From NCBI GenBank assembly GCA_016930075.1, contig JAFGHS010000050.1:32872-96871 (forward strand): DNA of 64,000 nt, written 5' to 3'. Below are positions 36,694 through 45,683 of this stretch, in pieces. Every line of letters starts with the position of its first letter. The stretch's first letter is position 1. A program made the translations under genes and the position numbers. The DNA comes from Deltaproteobacteria bacterium (GTDB taxonomy: Bacteria; Desulfobacterota; Syntrophia; Syntrophales; JAFGHS01). The notes under the pieces were generated by a model. That model ran no database searches. It was given only the letters and a program-made list of their open reading frames with translations, and had not been told where the DNA came from.

Positions 36694-36777
36694 TGTCATT
36701 GCGAGCGTAGCGAAGCAATCTCGTAAGTATACGACAATGCAAGAGATTGCCACAGCACTCGGCGCTTCGCAATGACA
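36694..36777. repeat. Dispersed repeat family B, inverted pair forming a long imperfect hairpin
   Basis: TGTCATTGCGAGCGTAGCGAAGCAATCTC (36694-36722) faces GAGATTGCCACAGCACTCGGCGCTTCGCAATGACA (36743-36777). Confidence 0.65.
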
Positions 36778-36944
36778 CAAAACACAGAAATTCAAAGCGC
36801 TCATCGCGTTTCGTGATCATGAAAATCCTTTTCACCTCAGTCGCGATAGGGTATATTAGCCGCATTGAAAGTAAATGATGGTTCGTATGTGATCATACAA
36901 GCTTGACATGGCTTATCATAAAGCGAAAAGGAGACCAATTTGCC

Positions 36945-39500
36945 ATGACGGGGAAATCCGAAACCGGCAGCAAAACAAAGGCAGCCGCAAAATCCAAATC
37001 AATTGGTCTAAAGAAATCGGCCCTTAAGCCGAATAAAAAATCAAACAGAGAGCAAGAAAAATCAGATCTCTTTTTTAAAGATGTTCTCAATAACATCGGC
37101 GTCGGCATTTATATCGTCCAGGGAAACAAATTTGTCTATGTAAATCCCCTGTTTGAGATTATCAGCGGCTATAGCAACGACGATTTAATCGAAATAAATC
37201 CGCTCGATCTGATCTATCCCGACGATAGAGAAAAAATCAGAAGAGTGGCCGTAAAAAACTTAAAAGAAAAAAGAGCCGACTTTTATGAATACAGATTTAT
37301 CAAGAAAAACGGTCAGATCATATGGATCCTGGAGAAGGTCTCATCCATTCAATATCAGGGGAAACGCGCCACTTTAGGCAGTTTCATGGACATCACGGAA
37401 CGTAAATATACGGAAGAGGATTTACGCCGAAGCGAAGAAAAACATCGAACAATTGTCGAAAATATTGAAGATGGATATACGGAACTCGACCTCAAGGGCA
37501 ACTTTATTTTTATCAATGAAGCATTGTGCAAGATTCATGGATACGCAAAAGACGAATTAATGAAATACAACTATCGCGACTTGATGGACAAAGCCAATGC
37601 CGAATGGATATTTACGGCATACAACAAAGTTTTCACCACAGGCGAATCGGAAAAAGAAGTCTCGTATGAAATTATTCGCAAATCCGGAGAACGCAGGTAT
37701 GTGGATACGTCGATTACGCCCATAAAAGACAACGCCGGCCGGATCGTTGCCTTTCGCGGTATCCTTCGGGACAGAACGGAGCGTCAGAAAATGCAGAAGG
37801 CCGTTCTTGAATCGGAAGAAAGATACCGCTCCATTATCGAGCAAATGGAAGACGGCTATTTTGAAACCGACCTGGACGGCTGTTTTACCTATGTGAACGA
37901 CGCCGAATGCCGGAATCTCGGATATTCCCGTGAGGAATTGATCGGCAGGGATCGCAACCTCTACTCGGATGTGGAGAATTCAAAAGCCCTATTTCGTCTT
38001 TTTCACGGCGTCTATGAAACGGAACAGCCGGTCAGGGCCTATGACGTTGAATTGATTAAAAAAGACGGTACGAGAACATTCAATGAAATATCCGTTACCC
38101 TGATAAGGAATGCACAAGGGGAGCCTGCCGGTTTCCGGGGCATTGCCCGCGACGTCACGGAACGGAAACGCGCGGAAGAGCAGATCCAGTATCTGGCTAC
38201 GCACGACAGTCTCACGGGCGTGCCCAACCGGGCCATGTTCAGCCAGTTGTTCAACCATGCCATCCAGTCCTCGAAGCGGTACAATCGCCGGTTGGCCGTC
38301 TTGTTCATCGATCTGGATCGCTTTAAAATCATCAATGATACACTGGGCCATGAAGCAGGCGACCAGGTGCTCAAGGAGATTGCATCGCGGTTCCGGCAAA
38401 TGCTGCGCGCCACGGATGTTGTTGCGCGGCTGGGCGGGGATGAATTTGTCATCTTGATGGAAGAGGTAAAAGATATGGAGCAGGTTGCCGAAGTCGCTCA
38501 CAAGCTCCTCGCCGCAGTGATGAGATCCATGTCCGTTATGGGCGAAGATTGCCGTGTAACGGCGAGCATCGGCATCAGCATGTTTCCGAGAGACGGTGAA
38601 GATGAACAAACTCTGATGAAAAATGCCGATATCGCTATGTATTTGGCGAAAGAAGAAGGGAAAAACAACTTCCAGTTCTACTCCCGGAGCATTAAATCGC
38701 ATTCCATTGAGAAACTGGCTTTAGAGACACAACTGCGCTTTGCTCTCGAACGGAAAGAGCTTTCCCTCCAATATCAGGCCAAGCTGGACTTCAATAAGGG
38801 CTCTATTGCCGGCGTCGAGGCCTTATTGCGCTGGAACAACCCATACCTTGGGGAAGTGACGCCGACGCAGTTTATTCCCGTCGCCGAAGAGAGCGGGTTG
38901 ATCGTACCGATCGGCAGGTGGGTCTTGGAAACCGCATGCAGGCAAAATGTCGTCTGGCAGAAACAGGGGCTTCCACAGATTTTAATGGCTGTCAATCTTT
39001 CGCCCCGTCATCTCCTCGATGACGGTCTGATAAGGGATATTAAAGAAGCGCTGAAGACGTCAGGCATGGCGGCCAATCTGCTGGAACTCGACATCACTGA
39101 AAGTATGGTGATGCATAACCCCGGTCGTGTGATTGCTGTTTTGAGTAAAATAAAAGATGTGGGCGTGCGGATTGCCATTGACGATTTCGGCACCGGTTAT
39201 TCGTCGCTTGCCCATATCAAGAGCTTCCCCATCGACACGCTGAAGGTGGACAGGTCTTTCATACGCAATATCGTGCAGGACGCCGGCGACAAGGCCGTCA
39301 CCGAAGCCATCATCGCCATGGGCAAAACGCTCAGCCTGACCGTCATTGCGGAGGGCGTGGAGACTCAGGAACAGATGGATTATCTGCACGAGCAGTCCTG
39401 CGACCTGATACAGGGATTTTATTTCAGCAAGCCTGTTGCGCCCGACACGTTTGCCGATCTGTTGCGCACACATAACCCCGCCTTACACAAAAGCAACTGA
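36945..39500 (+). CDS. Signalling protein with three PAS/PAC domains, a GGDEF diguanylate cyclase and an EAL phosphodiesterase domain
   Basis: Three PAS-PAC repeats each end in D(I/V)TERK or RDRTERQ. The intact GGDEF motif ([10 protein letters not shown]) and EAL motifs ([21 protein letters not shown]) are present. The start is placed at ATG 36945 (AAGGAG RBS); the ORF extends to TTG 36903. Confidence 0.9.
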   Translation: MTGKSETGSKTKAAAKSKSIGLKKSALKPNKKSNREQEKSDLFFKDVLNNIGVGIYIVQGNKFVYVNPLFEIISGYSNDDLIEINPLDLIYPDDREKIRRVAVKNLKEKRADFYEYRFIKKNGQIIWILEKVSSIQYQGKRATLGSFMDITERKYTEEDLRRSEEKHRTIVENIEDGYTELDLKGNFIFINEALCKIHGYAKDELMKYNYRDLMDKANAEWIFTAYNKVFTTGESEKEVSYEIIRKSGERRYVDTSITPIKDNAGRIVAFRGILRDRTERQKMQKAVLESEERYRSIIEQMEDGYFETDLDGCFTYVNDAECRNLGYSREELIGRDRNLYSDVENSKALFRLFHGVYETEQPVRAYDVELIKKDGTRTFNEISVTLIRNAQGEPAGFRGIARDVTERKRAEEQIQYLATHDSLTGVPNRAMFSQLFNHAIQSSKRYNRRLAVLFIDLDRFKIINDTLGHEAGDQVLKEIASRFRQMLRATDVVARLGGDEFVILMEEVKDMEQVAEVAHKLLAAVMRSMSVMGEDCRVTASIGISMFPRDGEDEQTLMKNADIAMYLAKEEGKNNFQFYSRSIKSHSIEKLALETQLRFALERKELSLQYQAKLDFNKGSIAGVEALLRWNNPYLGEVTPTQFIPVAEESGLIVPIGRWVLETACRQNVVWQKQGLPQILMAVNLSPRHLLDDGLIRDIKEALKTSGMAANLLELDITESMVMHNPGRVIAVLSKIKDVGVRIAIDDFGTGYSSLAHIKSFPIDTLKVDRSFIRNIVQDAGDKAVTEAIIAMGKTLSLTVIAEGVETQEQMDYLHEQSCDLIQGFYFSKPVAPDTFADLLRTHNPALHKSN

Positions 39501-39587
39501 TATTCCGGCATGTCTGTATCGGACTGGTCCCTATCAGTGTCAGCCCGGCAACGTTAGTGTGCTGTTGAAATAACGACTTTACAATAC

Positions 39588-39673
39588 TGTCATTTCGAAT
39601 CCCGCCTTAGCGGGATGAGAAATCTTTACGACTTCGGATAGAAAGAAAGATATCTCACCTCGGTCGATATGAC
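39588..39673. repeat. Dispersed repeat family C (~86-bp element), forward orientation
   Basis: TGTCATTTCGAATCCCGCCTTAGCGGGATGAGAAATCT...AGATATCTCACCTCGGTCGATATGAC lies 88 nt downstream of the GGDEF-EAL stop. Confidence 0.7.
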
Positions 39674-39738
39674 TATATACCATTGAAACACTACGATAGA
39701 GGGCTCCGTTCGGGTTCTGCATGATCCGATTTCCGGAG

Positions 39739-40012
39739 CTACTCCTCCATCATCCGTTCGATTTCATTCTGCAGTCGATTCAAATGATCCCGATATGAAG
39801 TGTTCTGATAATGAAGAACATCCTGAGCGGCGTCTGTATCATACCAGTCGCACCAGCCGGGTGATTCGAGGTAGTTCACATCTTCAAGACGACATCGCCT
39901 TTTTTATCAATCCGTCGAGCCCGGCGGCCTCCTACACGGTGAGAATCTTGGCAACCATGCTGGTCTGCGTCGAATAGCTGCATCCGTCCATGAAATATTC
40001 TTTAGATGGCAT
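39739..40012 (-). pseudogene. Disrupted small ORF of unknown function (~90 codons, in-frame TAG plus frameshift)
   Basis: The minus-strand ATG at 40012 has a GGGAGA RBS (MPSKEYFMDGCSYSTQTSMVAKILTV*). The reading continues in other frames (EAAGLDGLIKKGDVVLKM..., then VNYLESPGWCDWYDTDAAQDVLHYQNTSYRDHLNRLQNEIERMMEE*). The span is 274 nt, which is not a multiple of 3. Confidence 0.3.
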
Positions 40013-40084
40013 TTCTTTAATTCTCCCTTATTCAATAACCTTCATGTGATTTCGGGATGGATACGGGATCCGGATTATTTAAAT

Positions 40085-40116
40085 GATTGGACTCCCGCCA
40101 GCGCGGGAGTGACAGG
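40085..40116. repeat. Dispersed repeat family D copy
   Basis: GATTGGACTCCCGCCAGCGCGGGAGTGACAGG has a hairpin CTCCCGC/GCGGGAG followed by the TGACAGG tail. Confidence 0.5.
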
Positions 40117-40141
40117 ATACGATCATAGGCGGCAATACGGG

Positions 40142-40188
40142 GACCGGTCATATGGGGACAGATTTCAAATCTGTCCCCATATGACCGG
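40142..40188. repeat. Palindromic element family A, longest perfect copy (47 nt); probable terminator of the AOR gene
   Basis: ACCGGTCATATGGGGACAGATTTCAAATCTGTCCCCATATGACCGGT has 23-nt perfect arms around a single central base. It lies 12 nt downstream of the AOR stop codon (40200, minus strand). Confidence 0.8.
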
Positions 40189-40199
40189 TGTGACGGTCT

Positions 40200-42065
40200 T
40201 TACGAAGCCGTCCTCTCGATGTATTTGTTTGCCCATTCAATATCGAGCTCCACCAGCCGCGCGTAAGTCGGCACGCCTTTTTCGTCCCAGCCCAGCATCT
40301 GATAGTAGATTTTCTGTGCTTCCGCAAGTTTTTCCGGGTCCACCGCCGTGCTCTTCATCGGTCCTTCAGCGGGGGACGAGAAAAACCTTTTCGGCAGGAC
40401 ATCGTCCTTTGCCGTAATGCCTTCCCGGAGATTGAAGATGCGCGTGAGCGTCATGCCCCGTTCTGCCGTCTTCATCAGCCGCCAGTAGCTCATGGGCCAG
40501 CCTGTGATGTATTCCGTCGCCTCCATGAGCTGCTGCTGCCGCCAGGGCAGGAAGATGCAGATGCCCAGGTAATTGGCCACCTGACGCCACATGCCGAAAA
40601 GATAAAGGATGCGCGTCTTGCGCGGGCTCAGCTCCGTGGATGGGACGGCCTCGGCAATATCCACGCCGTCCAGGGCTTTGAGATTGACGACGTCGTCATG
40701 GATGCCCGTGCAGTGGTCGGCGCCGGAGCCGTGGGCGCTGTAGTGGAGGCCAAGTCCCTGCTTGTATCGCGGTTCGTGCATGGGAATTTCATTGCCTTTG
40801 ACATGGATTGCGTAGTCTTCCGCACCCTTGCCGATGATCTGGGCGGCCTTCCGCGACCCTTCGGCAAGAATGTTCCCGAATCCCTTGCGGTAGGCGATCT
40901 TCTGAAGCATCTCGACCATAGCCACGCCGTTTCCGAAGGAAAGATCGATGCCGTCCGTATCCGTCCTGGTCAGGATGCCTTTTTCCGTCAATTCCATGGC
41001 AAAAGCGATGGTTCCTCCGGCAGAGATGGTGTCGATGCCGTAGCGGCCGCAGATTTCGTGGCCTTTGATGACGGCTTCCACGCTGTCGATCCCGCAATTG
41101 GAGCCCAGGGCGGCCAGGGTTTCATACTCCGGCCCGCCGTAGATGGGATCGACGGGCCAGGGTTCGCTTAGACGGTTGAGTTTTTTCTTGCAGCGCATGG
41201 CGCAGCCATAACAGCTTTCCATGGTGTCCCAGTAGCCCTTTTCTTTCATCCGTTGGGGCGTCAACTCTTTTACGGTAGGGAAATGGCCACCCTGAAAGTT
41301 GCGGATAGGAAGATTACCGATGGCTTCGTACTGCTCCATCGTGGAGCCCGTTCCGTAAACGGAAAAGGGCGTCGGTTTCTCTTTCACTTTCTTGTTCAGT
41401 TGCCGAGACATCTCGATAATTTTTTCCCGATCCGCCATGTCCGGGGCTTTTGAACCTTTGACGGCGATGAGTTTCAGTTTTTTTGATCCCATGACAGCGC
41501 CCAAACCGGTTCTGCCGGCAGCATGAGAAACGTCATTGATGATGGCGGCAAACCGGACGAGATTTTCCCCGCCCGGCCCGATGGCGGCCGTGCGATAGTT
41601 GTCACCCAGCTCTTCCCGGACGGCACGGTCGGCATCAGCGATTTCCATTCCCCAGAGTTTTCCGGCGTCCCGGATTTCCGCCGCGCCGTTTTCAATCTTG
41701 AGATAGACCGGTTTCCCCGCCGCGCCTTCAACAATAATACAGTCGAAGCCGGCCCTCTTCAATTCAGCCCCCCAGAATCCACCCGCCTCCGCTTCGCCGA
41801 AGCAGCCCGTCAAAGGCGATTTGGCGCCGATGCTGTTCCGGCCGCTTCCCGGCAGGGGCTGTCCCGTCACGGGTCCCAGGGCAAAGATCAGCTTGTTTTC
41901 CGGTCCCAGCGGGTCCGCCCCGGCAGGCACCTCCGTCAGGAGTTTTTCCACAATAAATCCCCGGCAACCGAGGTAGCGCCGATAGTAAGACTCCGGCGGC
42001 TCTTCAATGGAAATATTCCCATTGGTCAGGTTTACTCTTAAAAACTTGCCATTATAACCGTTCAT
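40200..42065 (-). CDS. aor: Tungsten-type aldehyde:ferredoxin oxidoreductase (AOR family)
   Basis: 621 aa with the AOR N-terminal domain (GKFLRVNLTNG...YLGCRGF...GPLTG). The central and C-terminal domains carry Cys motifs (CYGCAMRCKK) and GIDTISAGGTIAFAME. Confidence 0.9.
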   Translation of the reverse strand: MNGYNGKFLRVNLTNGNISIEEPPESYYRRYLGCRGFIVEKLLTEVPAGADPLGPENKLIFALGPVTGQPLPGSGRNSIGAKSPLTGCFGEAEAGGFWGAELKRAGFDCIIVEGAAGKPVYLKIENGAAEIRDAGKLWGMEIADADRAVREELGDNYRTAAIGPGGENLVRFAAIINDVSHAAGRTGLGAVMGSKKLKLIAVKGSKAPDMADREKIIEMSRQLNKKVKEKPTPFSVYGTGSTMEQYEAIGNLPIRNFQGGHFPTVKELTPQRMKEKGYWDTMESCYGCAMRCKKKLNRLSEPWPVDPIYGGPEYETLAALGSNCGIDSVEAVIKGHEICGRYGIDTISAGGTIAFAMELTEKGILTRTDTDGIDLSFGNGVAMVEMLQKIAYRKGFGNILAEGSRKAAQIIGKGAEDYAIHVKGNEIPMHEPRYKQGLGLHYSAHGSGADHCTGIHDDVVNLKALDGVDIAEAVPSTELSPRKTRILYLFGMWRQVANYLGICIFLPWRQQQLMEATEYITGWPMSYWRLMKTAERGMTLTRIFNLREGITAKDDVLPKRFFSSPAEGPMKSTAVDPEKLAEAQKIYYQMLGWDEKGVPTYARLVELDIEWANKYIERTAS

Positions 42066-42375
42066 CTGCGCGCTCCTTTCGCCATGTCAGGTATTGTCAG
42101 TAGCAATTTTCCGTTATCGATCATGTATAAAATTTATTATCCTTAGTTATATCAATGGGAATATGTCAAGTAAAATAAGCGGGTTGTCGCATACCGATAA
42201 TGCGGCGGTTGTGAAGACTGTAAGGGATCGCCAGGGCAATGGGCAATCGGGAGTTGACGTTAATTCCCGTTGACAGATGCTTTATTTTTACCTAATCGCT
42301 CGGCGGGTTCATCGCAAAGATGCCCATCGCGAATCTTCCCTGATCCATCGTAAAACAAATTCGGAGCGTACCTTG

Positions 42376-42745
42376 ATGACCGACCGACAAGTTGAACGCA
42401 GGCTTGCTGCCATTTTCAGCGCCGACGTGAAAGGCTACAGCGGCCTCATGGGCAGGGATGAAATCGTCACCATTCGCATGCTCACCGATTACCGGGAGCG
42501 CATCTCCCATTACATTGAACGGCATAAGGGCCGTTTGATCGACGCTGCGGGCGACAACCTTCTGGCGGATTTCGGCAGTGTGGTGGATGCCGTGCATTGC
42601 GCCGTCGAAGCCAGAAAGAAATCAGCGAAGTCCTGCGGATCGAACCGGCCCTTACGCTTGCCCTTATCGAGAAGACCCGTCCCAGCGGAAACAAGGATTA
42701 TTCGTTCGATTCATGGAAGCCCTGAAAAAAGCAGGGCTCAAGTGA
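42376..42745 (+). pseudogene. Remnant of a class III adenylate/guanylate cyclase gene (internal deletion plus frameshifts)
   Basis: MTDRQVERRLAAIFSADVKGYSGLMGRDEIVTIRMLTDYRERISHYIERHKGRLIDAAGDNLLADFGSVVDAVHCAVE is the first ~80 aa of a cyclase homology domain. Similarity then stops. Other frames encode LRIEPALTLA (TPR-like) and ...PYREDPSQRKQGLFVRFMEALKKAGLK* (stop 42743-42745), which resembles the usual C-terminus of cyclase-TPR proteins. Confidence 0.5.
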
Positions 42746-42777
42746 CGTGGTTCAGGGATAAAAAACGGTATGATGTG

Positions 42778-42966
42778 TTACATCTTTGACTTTATTCCGA
42801 GGTCTTTGAATATTTTCCCGGCGAGGTGATCATTAATCTCCGGATGTCTGGGCATGGATGAACGTTTGTTTTGATCAGGATTCCACCACCAAGAATGGCT
42901 GCCGCCTTCTCTCAGCAATTCACACCCTTGTGAGCGCAGGCATTTCAGCAAGTCTTTTCGCTTCAT
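42778..42966 (-). CDS. hicA: Type II toxin HicA (mRNA interferase)
   Basis: 62 aa. LLKCLRSQGCELLREGGSHSWWWNP fits the HicA/YcfA dsRBD-like fold with the catalytic GSH. ATGA overlap with the upstream hicB. Confidence 0.8.
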   Translation of the reverse strand: MKRKDLLKCLRSQGCELLREGGSHSWWWNPDQNKRSSMPRHPEINDHLAGKIFKDLGIKSKM

Positions 42967-43175
42967 ATAGCGATTTTTTCTTCCTTATACCCGGATTTTA
43001 AAGCGGCAAGCGCATCCTGTCGATTAAATTCAAGCGCTTCTTGCAAAGTTACTTTGAGGCTTTTTAATAATTCCTCATGGGTTGGCTCCTGGCAGTTAAC
43101 ACCGGGCACTTCTTCAATCCATCCTATCCACCAGTTTCCATCCTGTTTTATAACCGCTGTATATTCTTTGTTCAT
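42963..43175 (-). CDS. hicB: Type II antitoxin HicB (short form without an obvious DNA-binding domain)
   Basis: 70 aa. YTAVIKQDGNWWIGWIEEVPGVNCQEPTHEELLKSLKVTLQEALEF matches the HicB/UPF0150 N-terminal fold. Confidence 0.75.
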   Translation of the reverse strand: MNKEYTAVIKQDGNWWIGWIEEVPGVNCQEPTHEELLKSLKVTLQEALEFNRQDALAALKSGYKEEKIAI

Positions 43176-43233
43176 TGCAAGTCCCTCAAACTTATGATTG
43201 TCCTATCCATTCGGACATTTATGATATGAGCGG

Positions 43234-43262
43234 AGAATAACAAAGGCAAGCTGCGTTGTCAA
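43234..43262 (-). promoter_or_regulatory. Candidate sigma70-type promoter for hicBA
   Basis: On the minus strand: TTGACA (43262-43257), a 17-nt spacer, then TATTCT (43239-43234), ~58 nt upstream of the hicB ATG. Confidence 0.4.
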
Positions 43263-43328
43263 CGAACATTCATGCTCCTTTCCACCCCATAGGTGACCTT
43301 GAATTTCTTGATATTATCCATTGATAAC

Positions 43329-43450
43329 CTTGTAAAAAGTCAATAATTTACCGGCCACGTCATACCTGCGAAAGTCGGTATCTGGGAATATCCGGTGATT
43401 ACAAAAGCACTGGATCCCGGCTTTCGCCGAAGTGACAACTTTTTACGGGA
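43329..43450. repeat. Composite MITE-like element built from two family D units with inverted ends
   Basis: CTTGTAAAAAGTCAA...CGTCATACCTGCGAAAGTCGGTATCTGGG...CTGGATCCCGGCTTTCGCCGAAGTGACAACTTTTTACGGG. The terminal GTAAAAAGT / ACTTTTTAC are inverted repeats. Confidence 0.55.
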
Positions 43451-43519
43451 GCGTGAATTTTATGCCAATAAAATGCCGCCTCAAAATGTCATGACCCCGG
43501 ATAAGATGTATGGGAAAGC

Positions 43520-44122
43520 TTACTTATTTTCTGTCGGCTGGGCCACCGGCTGCGCTGCCGGCTGATCTGCCGGTTGGGCCTTCCCGCCGTCAAATTTCAT
43601 TGCCTTGACGGCCTCTTCCATTTTGGCAATTTGCGCCGACAACTCTTCGATTTTCGCCTTCGTCTTGTCCAGGCCGGCCTGAATATCAATTTTGTCTGCC
43701 TGCACCTTTAATTTCTTGACTTGCAGATCGGACCTCAGTTTGGCATTGGCCTCTTTGCTTTTTCCCAGGCCGCATTTGTCGATGGCTTCGATTTTCACGA
43801 CATCATAGGCCAGTGATGACACTTTGCGATAGTTTTCGGCCATGTCTTTTTCATATTCGGCGTACTTTTTTTGCGCGCTTGCCCGCTCCGTTTTTAATTC
43901 AGCCAGTTGCAGTTTATCCGATGCAACTTGCAACTCATATTCCGCTTCTGCAAATCCTTCGCGTTTATCCGCGGGCACCTGGTTGACCAAAGCAGGATCA
44001 ACATTAGATGTGATTAAGGCAATCTTATCAGAAGTGGTTTCCTTGACTTTGTCAATCCATCCCGCCTGTGCGGTTGCTGCAAAAATCAGTACAGATGCCA
44101 ATGCCATAATGATCTTTTTCAT
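43520..44122 (-). CDS. Secreted coiled-coil protein of unknown function
   Basis: ATG 44122 has an AAGGAGG RBS and a signal peptide MKKIIMALASVLIFAATAQA. Lys/Glu/Ala-rich heptad-like sequence follows, then the C-terminal repeat QPADQPAAQPVAQP. Confidence 0.5.
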   Translation of the reverse strand: MKKIIMALASVLIFAATAQAGWIDKVKETTSDKIALITSNVDPALVNQVPADKREGFAEAEYELQVASDKLQLAELKTERASAQKKYAEYEKDMAENYRKVSSLAYDVVKIEAIDKCGLGKSKEANAKLRSDLQVKKLKVQADKIDIQAGLDKTKAKIEELSAQIAKMEEAVKAMKFDGGKAQPADQPAAQPVAQPTENK

Positions 44123-44342
44123 GTTTGCCTCCTTCCAAAATAGGTTCGAATTTTTCATTGCTTAAGAAATTTATAGTGTAGGTGATCGGGAATGTCAAGG
44201 GCGCAGGAGTTTATCAAGACTCCATTCAGCCCCCGGCAACCGGTCCCGCCCTGAACCACCTGTAAGGCCGGTTCTATTAATCATTGAATTTACGGCATGA
44301 GCCTGTTAAAAGACAGGCAGCCCTTTAAGAAGGAGAAGATCA

Positions 44343-45683
44343 TTGGAACTTAAACGCCAGCTTGGATTGCCGACCGCCATATTCATCATCATTGCCGATG
44401 TTATCGGTACGGGGATTTTCATGACGACCGGAAACGTCCTCGGCATTACGGGAAGCGCCGCGGCGACGCTTGCCTTATGGGCCGTGGGCGGCCTCGTCGC
44501 TCTCACGGGGGCTCTGTGTTATGCGGAACTGGCCACCCTCTGGCCCGACGACGGCGGCGAATATGTTTATCTTAAAAAAATATTCGGCCTCCTGCCGGCC
44601 TTTCTGACCGGCTGGATCTCCCTGGTCGTCGCTTTTTCCGCCGCCGCCGCTCTGTCGTCCATGACCCTGGTTTTATATCTCAACGAACTATGGCCGAACG
44701 GACCCCTGTCCGGAATATGGGCGCAGAAGATCACGGCCGCGGCGATCATCTGCTGTTTCGGAGTCCTGCACATCACCGGCGTGAGGCGCGGCAGCTTTAT
44801 CCAGAATTTTCTGACGGTCTTCAAGATCATGATTGTTTTTTCCATCATTGTCTTCGGCCTGGCCCTGGCCGACTGGGGCGAGGTCGGAAGGCTCGCGGCG
44901 GATTATCCGTCAGCGGACAAAAACGTTTTCCATTTCGGATTTCCCCTTCTGCTGATCATGTTTGCCTATTCCGGATGGAACGGGGCGAGCTACATGGCCG
45001 GTGAAATCAAAAACCCGCAAAAAAACCTCCCCCGTGCCATGCTTTCGGCGACCGTGATCATTACCGTCCTCTACCTGCTGTTAAACGTCGTCTATCTCAT
45101 CTCGACGCCCGGCGAAGGGCTGATGGGGAAAACGGCTGTCGGCGCCATCGCGACGGGAAATCTTTTCGGGCCGCGTTTTTCACCCCTGTTCACCCTTGGC
45201 ATCGCGTTTATTCTGCTGACGTCCGTCTCGGTGCAGATGATGATCGGCCCCCGCGTCTATTACGCCATGGCCAGGGACGGCATGATCTTTAAATCTCTCA
45301 AAAAGGTGAGCCCGCGCTTCGGAACGCCCCATGTGGCCATCATCACCCAGATGATCATTGCGGCGGCGTATGTCTTTATCGGCAGGGAGAGCATCGAAAC
45401 GCTCCAGGCGTTTATGGGGTTTGCCCTCGGTTTTTTCCCGCTCCTTACCGTTTCAGGGCTCGTCATCGTGCGCTACAGGCATCCGGAAATGGAGAGCCCT
45501 TACCGGACGCCTTTTTTCCCTCTCGTCCCCTTGATCTATATCACCCTGACGGCCGCCATGATGGTGTCCGCGCTTTTCACCTGGACGACAACGTCTCTGT
45601 TTGCCGTCGGCGTCTGCCTTGCGGGCGTCATCGTATTTTTTATCTGGCAGAAATGGTTGGGACAAAAGACCCCTGCGGGATAG
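44343..45683 (+). CDS. APC-superfamily amino acid permease
   Basis: 446 aa with ~12 TM segments. The N-terminal LKRQLGLPTAIFIIIADVIGTGIF is typical of the family. TTG start as in the track. Confidence 0.85.
   Translation: MELKRQLGLPTAIFIIIADVIGTGIFMTTGNVLGITGSAAATLALWAVGGLVALTGALCYAELATLWPDDGGEYVYLKKIFGLLPAFLTGWISLVVAFSAAAALSSMTLVLYLNELWPNGPLSGIWAQKITAAAIICCFGVLHITGVRRGSFIQNFLTVFKIMIVFSIIVFGLALADWGEVGRLAADYPSADKNVFHFGFPLLLIMFAYSGWNGASYMAGEIKNPQKNLPRAMLSATVIITVLYLLLNVVYLISTPGEGLMGKTAVGAIATGNLFGPRFSPLFTLGIAFILLTSVSVQMMIGPRVYYAMARDGMIFKSLKKVSPRFGTPHVAIITQMIIAAAYVFIGRESIETLQAFMGFALGFFPLLTVSGLVIVRYRHPEMESPYRTPFFPLVPLIYITLTAAMMVSALFTWTTTSLFAVGVCLAGVIVFFIWQKWLGQKTPAG

Noticed and set aside
39795-39977. 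60-aa plus-strand ORF in the GGDEF-AOR spacer
   Set aside because: It has no RBS and is antisense to a better-supported, though broken, minus-strand ORF with an RBS.
39739-40012. In-frame TAG in the small minus-strand ORF as a pyrrolysine codon
   Set aside because: No pyl genes or methylamine methyltransferase context are present. The ORF also needs a frameshift to be read through, so decay is the simpler explanation.
19858-40188. Possibility that the palindromic 25-mers are CRISPR repeats
   Set aside because: Copies are kilobases apart or irregularly spaced (92 and 48 nt near tex) and are not separated by uniform spacers. They occur in both genic and intergenic DNA, and no cas genes are present.
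44159-44342. Possible riboswitch upstream of the APC amino-acid permease
   Set aside because: The 180-nt leader has some pairing potential, but I found no match to the glycine, lysine, SAM or guanidine riboswitch cores I know. This cannot be decided without a covariance-model scan.
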